Below, piece after piece: positions 57,090 to 64,000 of a stretch of DNA of 64,000 nucleotides. Origin of the DNA: an uncultured Flavobacteriales bacterium. GTDB taxonomy: Bacteria > Bacteroidota > Bacteroidia > AKYH767-A > 2013-40CM-41-45. Below the pieces are notes generated by a model, which saw nothing but the letters and a program-made list of their open reading frames with translations, ran no database searches and had not been told where the DNA came from. The position numbers and the translations under genes were made by a program. How positions within the stretch are numbered: the first letter of the stretch is position 1; each line of letters opens with the position of its first letter. The stretch spans positions 13,732-77,731 of the forward strand of contig CAYHHK010000002.1 in assembly GCA_964356415.1 (NCBI GenBank), read 5' to 3'.

Positions 57090-57919
57090 ACAACCTTGCA
57101 CAGCGAACAGTAGTTGGGGTGCCAGGAGCCGCCTTTATTGTGTGGCTTATATTTTTCAATCAATATTCATTTGCATTTCTTTTTTTCCTGATCACCATAC
57201 TTTCCCTTTATGAATTTTACAAGCGATCGGCCACTGAGGAGATCAAACCTCAGAAATGGATGGGAATAATTGCCGGGATATTTTCATTTCTGGTAATCAT
57301 TTCCCTCAAATGTGATCTTTCATCCTTTTTCAATACTATCACAGGGCTTCTGCTGCTCATCCCTGTTTTATTTTCAATATTCGCAATAGAGCTTTACCGG
57401 AAATCTCCGCATCCATTTACCAATATTGCTTACACATTGATTGGCATTGTCTACATCGCAGCATCCATGGGCATGGCCACACTCATCGGCTGGAGCACTG
57501 ATGACGGACTGTTTCATCCATCCAATATGTTCGGGTATTTTTTCATCTTGTGGGCGCATGACATAGGCGCTTACTTCGCAGGACGCTGGTGGGGGAAGCA
57601 TAAATTATTCGAACGCATCTCACCGAAAAAAACCTGGGAAGGAACAGCAGGCGGAGTGGTACTTTCTTTCATTGTTGCGCACTTTATTGCCATGTATTGT
57701 CCGGGGTTATCCCGTTTTGAATGGCTGTCAGTAACCGTGATCATACTCATCACTTCCACATTGGGAGACCTTGTGGAAAGCATGTTCAAGCGCAGCATCA
57801 GCATTAAAGATTCAGGAACCTTGTTGCCGGGACACGGCGGCATGCTGGACCGGTTTGATGGCTTGTTTATCTCGGCGCCGCTTGTGTATGTGTTTTTGGA
57901 GTTGGTGCACAGGTACTAA
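57086..57919 (+). CDS. cdsA: phosphatidate cytidylyltransferase
   Basis: CdsA signature KRSISIKDSGTLLPGHGGMLDRFDG. Multiple TM segments. Confidence 0.85.
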   Translation: MNNLAQRTVVGVPGAAFIVWLIFFNQYSFAFLFFLITILSLYEFYKRSATEEIKPQKWMGIIAGIFSFLVIISLKCDLSSFFNTITGLLLLIPVLFSIFAIELYRKSPHPFTNIAYTLIGIVYIAASMGMATLIGWSTDDGLFHPSNMFGYFFILWAHDIGAYFAGRWWGKHKLFERISPKKTWEGTAGGVVLSFIVAHFIAMYCPGLSRFEWLSVTVIILITSTLGDLVESMFKRSISIKDSGTLLPGHGGMLDRFDGLFISAPLVYVFLELVHRY

Positions 57920-57979
57920 ATACGAATCAGTACTAATTTACCAATCGCGGGAACTTGGGGTGGTAATAGGACAGCGATT

Positions 57980-59521
57980 TCAATATTTAATAATTTTCTT
58001 GTTTACACGCATAGATTCTGATGTGATGGTTAGCTGGTAAACTCCGGAAGGAATATCTGACAAATCAATTTCAAGATCATTGGTTATTTCATTTTCAAAA
58101 ATTTTCCCTCCGGTTAAATTGAAAATGGTGAGTAATGATTTTGTTTGATCATTGATCTGAATTAAGATTTTATTTTGAAATGGATTTGGAAAAATCGATA
58201 TTTCATTGGTCATATTTTCATCCTTTTTAAGAATAAGACACAAATCATTAGAGACCGGATTTACGGAAGCAGAAATCGTATTGCTATCACTTATGAGTGT
58301 ATAATTTATAACAGGATAGAGGGACCAACTATTGCTGAAGGCCAACGGATCTGTCGAAGAATACAACGCAAATGCCGAATCAACAACGGAACAGGAATTT
58401 AACAGGGAATCAAACACCATGATACCCGGATAATATTGTGTCCCCGAATGTAAAGTGACCGAACAAAAAATATAGCCATTCCTGTAATTCATGTCAGTAG
58501 GCCTGATATTGTAGCTCATTAACGGATCCACCCATTTTTTAGCCATTAGGATTGTTCCTGTGCTATCCAATTTGATGGTTATTTTGGCGGCAGGCCAGCT
58601 GTCGCCAAAAAATTCACCTATCAGGTAAATGTTGCCAGAGTTGTCACAAGTAACAGCGTTTACTGCATAGCCGGTATCAGGAAATACAGTGGAATAAATT
58701 AATTTCTGCCATAGTATGGTGCCATCCTCCCTGAATCTTGATAATCCAATATGCCAATCTGAAACAGGCCAGATACCATCAGGAGAAGTATTGCACACTG
58801 CGAGATAAGATGAGTCCGGGAGTGAAATAATATTTTGCGTCTGAACCGTATTACCCATATCAAGATACACTGATTGGCTTGCAGTATCTACAGACCCGTC
58901 AGATTTCATTTTCACAATGTTTTCTTCATACCCTATCCCGATATGTTCGTATAAGAAAAATGCCCCGCTATTTAAACATGAATAACCGTGAGATATATAA
59001 CCGTTTGTCCACATTATAGAATTGGGATCGCACCAGCTGCTGATGTAATTTCCAGAAGTATCCAACGTTAGCATTGCACTGAAACCATCCGTTCCTGTGG
59101 TTAGATTAAACTGTGTTGAAGTAATGAAAATGCGATTCTTGTTTACCACCACGCCCGCTATGCCATTGAAATTGCCATTATAAAGCGGACACACACTGGC
59201 GGTTATGTCCCTTGACCAGATTGTATTTCCCAGGCTGTCCGTCTTAAAAATACCGCTGTATGAATTCCATATGAACTTAAAAAAATACAATGCATTGTCA
59301 TCAACCGCTATCAATCTGTCAGAACATGCCTTGCTCCACATAATATTTCCGAGGTAATCCGTTTTTATCAGTTTATTATTTGCCTGAAAATAAATATTAT
59401 CATGATCAAATACTGTTGAGGCATACTGGTCATTTTCAAATAAGTAAAATGAAGCAGGGACTTGTGCAAATGATGCTGATGAAACCACCAGGTAAAAAGC
59501 AACCAGAAAATATTTTTTCAT
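57980..59521 (-). CDS. secreted beta-propeller-like protein with T9SS CTD
   Basis: Signal peptide MKKYFLVAFYLVVSSASFAQ from the internal ATG at 59521. The C-terminal ISIFPNPFQNKILIQINDQ...GVYQLTITSESMRVNKKIIKY is a CTD. Confidence 0.6.
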   Translation of the reverse strand: MKKYFLVAFYLVVSSASFAQVPASFYLFENDQYASTVFDHDNIYFQANNKLIKTDYLGNIMWSKACSDRLIAVDDNALYFFKFIWNSYSGIFKTDSLGNTIWSRDITASVCPLYNGNFNGIAGVVVNKNRIFITSTQFNLTTGTDGFSAMLTLDTSGNYISSWCDPNSIMWTNGYISHGYSCLNSGAFFLYEHIGIGYEENIVKMKSDGSVDTASQSVYLDMGNTVQTQNIISLPDSSYLAVCNTSPDGIWPVSDWHIGLSRFREDGTILWQKLIYSTVFPDTGYAVNAVTCDNSGNIYLIGEFFGDSWPAAKITIKLDSTGTILMAKKWVDPLMSYNIRPTDMNYRNGYIFCSVTLHSGTQYYPGIMVFDSLLNSCSVVDSAFALYSSTDPLAFSNSWSLYPVINYTLISDSNTISASVNPVSNDLCLILKKDENMTNEISIFPNPFQNKILIQINDQTKSLLTIFNLTGGKIFENEITNDLEIDLSDIPSGVYQLTITSESMRVNKKIIKY

Positions 59522-59721
59522 AGAATCGTATTTTTGCCGGAAGAAAAGAATCCGATCCATTACTTTCCCGTTTTTTTGGTGAGTATCCTGTTTTATCATG
59601 TCAACAGTGAAACTACAGTTGTAACCGGTAATCACTGACATCCCATTATACCAATCCGGCTGTTCATCTTCAATTCTGATAGGTAGCGGGATTCAAATCA
59701 ACTAATTTCCAAATCCTCTTA

Positions 59722-60183
59722 TCATTCATTGAAATATGCAGCAACCTCCCCCCACACCAACTCCGGCTCAAATCCCCTGCTGATTGCATATTGCGCTACT
59801 TTGTATTTCTTCTTAATAGGATTTGACTCTTTCACCTCTTTGCTTTTTTTAGAAAGGATTTTATTGAGCGTTTTCTTATAATCTTTGCTGCTGATTTCTT
59901 CCAGTGCTTTGCGGATGCAGTAGTCGGAAACTTTTTTTTGTTTGAGGGCCAGCTTTATTTTGATCCTCCCCCACTCTTTCATTCTGAATTTTCCACCTGC
60001 AAATGCAATGGCGAAACGCTGTTCATTTAAATAATTTTCTGAAACAAGCTGGGCTATGCATTGCTCCACTTCTGTGCGGTGCAATCCCCAGTCGTAGAGT
60101 TTATCGCGTACCTCCTGCTGGCTGCGTTCCTGGTAGACGCAGTAGGCACGGGCTTTCTCAAGTAGTAATTTAATGTCTGACAT
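59722..60183 (-). CDS. recX: recombination regulator RecX
   Basis: KARAYCVYQERSQQEVRDKL...EQRFAIAFAGGKFRMKEWGRIKIKLALKQK three-repeat helical RecX pattern. Start at the internal Met (153 aa). Confidence 0.7.
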   Translation of the reverse strand: MSDIKLLLEKARAYCVYQERSQQEVRDKLYDWGLHRTEVEQCIAQLVSENYLNEQRFAIAFAGGKFRMKEWGRIKIKLALKQKKVSDYCIRKALEEISSKDYKKTLNKILSKKSKEVKESNPIKKKYKVAQYAISRGFEPELVWGEVAAYFNE

Positions 60184-60346
60184 CAAATGCAAATATGAGA
60201 AGAAAGAAGGAACAGCCGACTTTGGGTGGAAGCAGTAGGCAGTTAGCAGTTGGCAAAAAAAGACAATAGAATAAAGAATAAAGACTAAAGAATAAAAAGC
60301 AGCCCCGCTATAGGCAAGGCCGCTCATATTATTTTTTTTCTGGATA

Positions 60347-60955
60347 TTATTTCATCGCAGCAGCTGTCGAATCAGCAGGAGGCATTACAGTGCTGTCAAT
60401 TGGAGCAACTTCCGGAGCTGCAGGCATTGCAGATGCTGACGAATCCAGTGAATGGAGCCCTTTGTCAAACTGAGGGCCCATCATCTTGTCCATCATAGAG
60501 CCCATGATCCGCATGAATGGATTTCCACCCATATCCATGTCCATTGACCATGTTACCTTTGAGCCATTGTCGGTTTTTTCAACTTTATAACCGCCGGATG
60601 CAGTTCCATGTTCTTTAAAATCGAGGTTTGTTTCTACCAATTCATTTTGAACTGCTTTTGTAATTGTGATGGTTCCGGTCCCAACATCACTATTGTTACT
60701 TTCCCATGAATAAGTTGCTCCTTCACCTGATGTTTTTTCACCAAATGTTTTTTTCATGTTCGGATCAAGTTTGTTCCACGGCATCCAGTTGTCCCACATT
60801 GTGAGATCAGCGATCTGATTGTAAACCGCTTCAGGAGAGGCTTTCATCTCCATGCTTCTTTCCACATGCACTTTTGGAGACATAAACATGCCTGCAATTG
60901 CAACGATTGCAACAAGCACAGCCAGAACAATTAAAATTTTCTTTACGATTTTCAT
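60347..60955 (-). CDS. membrane-anchored SRPBCC/START-like protein with Met-rich C-terminus
   Basis: N-terminal TM ILIVLAVLVAIVAIAGMF. EAVYNQIADLTMWDNWMPW resembles the polyketide_cyc2/SRPBCC N-terminus. Weak. Confidence 0.4.
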   Translation of the reverse strand: MKIVKKILIVLAVLVAIVAIAGMFMSPKVHVERSMEMKASPEAVYNQIADLTMWDNWMPWNKLDPNMKKTFGEKTSGEGATYSWESNNSDVGTGTITITKAVQNELVETNLDFKEHGTASGGYKVEKTDNGSKVTWSMDMDMGGNPFMRIMGSMMDKMMGPQFDKGLHSLDSSASAMPAAPEVAPIDSTVMPPADSTAAAMK

Positions 60956-61035
60956 TGAGAGTAGATTTAGTTGGTTGGTAATGCGAAACTATGGAATTGT
61001 ATTTGAAAAGCAAAAAACCGCCAGACCTGGTTGTG

Positions 61036-61100
61036 GGTCAGTTTGAATCTAAGGGATCCCTCTCTCGCCCAGAAGTCTCGGAGGCGAGATCGGAATGACA
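61036..61100. repeat. hairpin-containing short dispersed repeat, copy B
   Basis: GGGTCAGTTTGAATCTAAGGGATCCCTCTCTCGCC...GGCGAGATCGGAATGA shares the TCAGTTTGA...CCTCTCT.GCC...GGCGAGA..GGAATGA blocks with copy A. Confidence 0.55.
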
Positions 61101-61408
61101 GCATTGCGATATAATTTATGGGAGATTCCGGGAGCCCGTTCCAATTCAACTCCTATTATCTCCCATATAAAATACTAATCGCTATCATTCCCTACGATGC
61201 TTCGGTGGGTGCTGAAGCTTCGCGACAAAATGAGGAATCAGTAAAAATATCTAATCCGGAAATAAAAATTTGTTACTCTTTGTTGTCCTGTGCAATAATT
61301 GTCATATGAAACCATGCCGATTGTAATCAAAACTGCCATTTGTTATCATCAACCGGTCCCAAAATCAACTATTCAACCATTCAACAAATCAACCTATAAA
61401 CAATTCAA

Positions 61409-62971
61409 CTAAATCTTAATTTCCTCTTCCGACTTATTAAAAAAGTGGTACTCCATAAAATGGTAGGTCTGATTCGGAAGCACTTTCAATTTTGCTTTGA
61501 ACTTTTTCTTCCATTTATTCACCATCGTATTGAAAAATAATCCCTTGTTGAGGTAGGCCTCCAGGTAAGGATGCACCTGAATGATGAGTTCCTTTTCATT
61601 CTGCTCCTGCACAAAATAACGGAGATTATTCTCGATTTCATCCACAAGTAATATGCTCGCTTTAATTTCACCCGTACCATCACAGGCAGGACATTTTTCT
61701 ACGGTAGTAATATTTGTTTCAGGGCGAACGCGTTCACGGGTGATCTGAATAAGTCCGAATTTACTTGGCGGCAAAATAGTATGGCGCGCACGGTCGCGGC
61801 TCATTTCCTTCTTCATGTGATCGTAGAGCGCCTTCTTATTGGCAGGATTTGACATGTCGATAAAGTCAACTACAATGATGCCGCCCATATCACGAAGGCG
61901 GAGCTGGCGTGCAATTTCTGATGCTGCTTCCATGTTGGTCTGTAAGGCATTCGATTCCTGTGTGGCATCGGCGATGCGGGCCCGTCCTCCGCTGTTCACG
62001 TCAATTACGTGCATGGCTTCAGTGTGTTCAATCACCAGGTATGAACCTGTACTCATTGTCACTGTTTTTCCGAAAGCGGCTTTGATCTGTTTCTCAATTC
62101 CGAAATGCTCAAAAATGGGCTGCTTGCCTTTGTATAACTTGACAATGTCGGCCTGTTCAGATGAAATAGAAGAAAGGTAATTCTGAATTTCATCATACAT
62201 CACAGGATCGTTCACGTGGATGCTATTAAAATTAGGGCTGAGCAGGTCACGGAGGATTGTAGAAGTCCGGTTGAGTTCACCAAGTATTTTCTGTGGTGGC
62301 TTTGCTGATTTTAACTGTTCGAAAGCTGCCTTCCATTTGGACACCAGATCCTGAACGTCTTTATCAAGTTCAGCTGTTTTTTTGCCATCGGCAACAGTAC
62401 GCACGATAAGTCCGAAATTTTTCGGTTTGATGCTTTGCACAAGCCTTTTGAGGCGCATGCGCTCATCAGCACTTTTGATCTTCTGCGATACTGAAATGTG
62501 GTCGGAGAATGGGATCAGCACGACGAATCTGCCTGCCAGAGAAATTTCCGAAGTGATCCGGGGACCTTTACTGGAAATGGGTTCTTTGGCGACCTGTACC
62601 ATTACCCACTGGTTCACAGTCAGTACCTGGTTGATCTTCCCGCCCTTGTTAATGTCTTTCTCATTTTCAAAGTTCACCATCATAGGGTCAGGGGTCTTCC
62701 CTGCCGTAGTGGAAAGCTTGATGAGCTTCACCAGTGAATTGACCTGAGGTCCAAGATCGAGATAGTGAAGGAATGCATCTTTCTCATGACCTACGTCAAC
62801 GAAGGCTGCATTCAGACTTGGTATTAATTTCTTGACCCTGCCGAGATAAATATCTCCGACAGCAAAGGACTGATCCTTTTTGTCTTTGTTTAGCTCAACC
62901 AGCTGCTTGTTTTCAAGCAAGGCAATATTTACCTCACCCGGTGCTGAGTTGATGATTAGTTCACTGTTCAA
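61409..62971 (-). CDS. rng: RNase E/G-family endoribonuclease (RNase G-like, 520 aa)
   Basis: N-terminal S1 domain (GDIYLGRVKKLIPSLNAAFVDVG). Catalytic DNase-I-like region (VIDVNSGG...). Zn-link CPxCxGxG (CPACDGTG). Confidence 0.85.
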   Translation of the reverse strand: MNSELIINSAPGEVNIALLENKQLVELNKDKKDQSFAVGDIYLGRVKKLIPSLNAAFVDVGHEKDAFLHYLDLGPQVNSLVKLIKLSTTAGKTPDPMMVNFENEKDINKGGKINQVLTVNQWVMVQVAKEPISSKGPRITSEISLAGRFVVLIPFSDHISVSQKIKSADERMRLKRLVQSIKPKNFGLIVRTVADGKKTAELDKDVQDLVSKWKAAFEQLKSAKPPQKILGELNRTSTILRDLLSPNFNSIHVNDPVMYDEIQNYLSSISSEQADIVKLYKGKQPIFEHFGIEKQIKAAFGKTVTMSTGSYLVIEHTEAMHVIDVNSGGRARIADATQESNALQTNMEAASEIARQLRLRDMGGIIVVDFIDMSNPANKKALYDHMKKEMSRDRARHTILPPSKFGLIQITRERVRPETNITTVEKCPACDGTGEIKASILLVDEIENNLRYFVQEQNEKELIIQVHPYLEAYLNKGLFFNTMVNKWKKKFKAKLKVLPNQTYHFMEYHFFNKSEEEIKI

Positions 62972-63215
62972 TTAAAAATGTTTTATTTAAAAAACATTGC
63001 GCCCGCAAAGCGGCATCAGGAATTGAACAAACTTCAGGAAGATATGCATGACTCATCATGCATCAAGGAATAAATTAACAGTTAAAATTACCGGCTCCGC
63101 GAAACAATATTACTTACGGGAAACCTGCCCATCTTCAGGGCTATGAATGATTAACGGCTAACCTGCCTGTCTTCAGGCAATAAAAAGCACAAGCGGAATT
63201 TTCATCCACCGGATG

Positions 63216-63305
63216 CTATTTCTTCTTATGTCTGTTCTTACGGAGACGTTTTTTACGCTTGTGCGTAGCCATTTTATGTCTCTTACGTTTTTTTCCGCTT
63301 GGCAT
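63216..63305 (-). CDS. 29-aa ultra-basic peptide (AURKAIP1/COX24-like small protein), below the ORF-track cutoff
   Basis: Hand translation: MPSGKKRKRHKMATHKRKKRLRKNRHKKK*. 19 of 29 residues are K/R/H. It sits 15 nt upstream of the TPR gene. Confidence 0.45.
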   Translation of the reverse strand: MPSGKKRKRHKMATHKRKKRLRKNRHKKK

Positions 63306-63319
63306 AATGCAAGTGTTTT

Positions 63320-64000
63320 TTAATGATTAGAAATTTGATTAATATAATTATTTGCCTCGGCAACCAGGGTTGCATCAGCCGATTCTTTTTTCAATTTTTC
63401 AAAATTTTCAGCAGCTTTCGCCATATTCCCTGCCATCAAGTATACTTTTCCTGTCATCAGATACATTTCCTTCCTTTCAGGGTTGATGGAAAGAACTTTC
63501 TGAAAACGCTCCGCTGCCTTTTCATATTGACCTGAGCGCATTGAAAGAACGCCAAGGTTAAATTGAGCATTTTCGTGCTCAGGGTTTTCCTTCACAACAT
63601 CCCTCAACATCATAATCCCCTGCATCGGATTAGTGGTTCCTTCAGTATAACAGATCCCAAGATCCGTTTTTGCATCGAGGTTCTTGGGATTTACTTTCAG
63701 CACCGTCTCGTAACATCTGATCGCATTACCAACCATTTCATTCCTCTGCATCGAATCTGTAGTTGACTTGAATGCATCAAAGTACCTGTATGCTGCATTC
63801 AGCCAGCTTTTTTCATCCTGATCTAACAAAGCATGTTGCTCGAAGTAATGCGCTGCAATTGCCGGCTTTTGCAAAGCATCCCAACGTCTTCCCAAAGAAT
63901 CCATTAGTGAAACATTGCCTGCTTCTTTGCTGAGTTCCGATTCGAGTGCAGAAATTATATCGGCTTCTTGGCGTTGCAGTCCGCTTTTAGCTGTATTCAA
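63320..64000 (-). CDS. TPR-repeat protein (N-terminal part beyond the window)
   Basis: Tandem TPR-like AYRYFDAFK.../AIRCYETVLKVNPKN.../AQFNLGVLSMRSGQYEKAAERFQKVLSINP repeats. The ORF is open at the window edge. Confidence 0.6.
   Translation of the reverse strand: MNTAKSGLQRQEADIISALESELSKEAGNVSLMDSLGRRWDALQKPAIAAHYFEQHALLDQDEKSWLNAAYRYFDAFKSTTDSMQRNEMVGNAIRCYETVLKVNPKNLDAKTDLGICYTEGTTNPMQGIMMLRDVVKENPEHENAQFNLGVLSMRSGQYEKAAERFQKVLSINPERKEMYLMTGKVYLMAGNMAKAAENFEKLKKESADATLVAEANNYINQISNH

Overview
This window is about 49 genes of chromosomal DNA. It most likely comes from a Bacteroidota organism (Chitinophagia/Sphingobacteriia-like). The evidence for that placement is A-rich leaders without Shine-Dalgarno sequences, a long-form IspG, a DUF2723 giant membrane protein, DUF4290, and nine proteins ending in type-A T9SS C-terminal sorting domains (CTD). 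No rRNA, tRNA, CRISPR, transposase or integrase was detected.

Coding content:
- Housekeeping genes: ispG, hutU, psd, prfB (with its conserved programmed +1 frameshift), nth, fumC, cdsA, recX, RNase E/G, a UvrD-like helicase, thioredoxin-like proteins and a beta-class carbonic-anhydrase-like protein.
- A fragmented secondary-lipid (aryl-polyene / flexirubin-type) biosynthesis locus at 4.3-16.5 kb: O-methyltransferase, MIO-type aromatic ammonia-lyase, KR, KAS, ACP, LpxL-like acyltransferase and hot-dog dehydratase. It is split by two T9SS cargo genes and an orphan BrnA-like antitoxin.
- Large surface/secreted proteins: a phage-tail-fibre-like protein with a Peptidase_S74 intramolecular-chaperone domain upstream of its T9SS CTD, a 1592-aa Ig-repeat adhesin, a LamG-LamG-metallophosphoesterase, and a 2029-aa thioester alpha-2-macroglobulin.

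Decay signatures:
- A degraded RelE/ParE-type toxin next to an intact antitoxin.
- A T9SS cargo gene with an in-frame TGA followed by a vestigial duplicate CTD.

Non-coding structure the genes do not explain:
- TAG-containing 7/8-mer tandem repeats fused to stop codons.
- Period-9 CA-rich repeats in 5' leaders.
- A two-copy hairpin repeat element.

I see no obviously novel defence system. The most unusual items are the S74-before-CTD cargo architecture, the split pigment-like cluster, and the repeat families.
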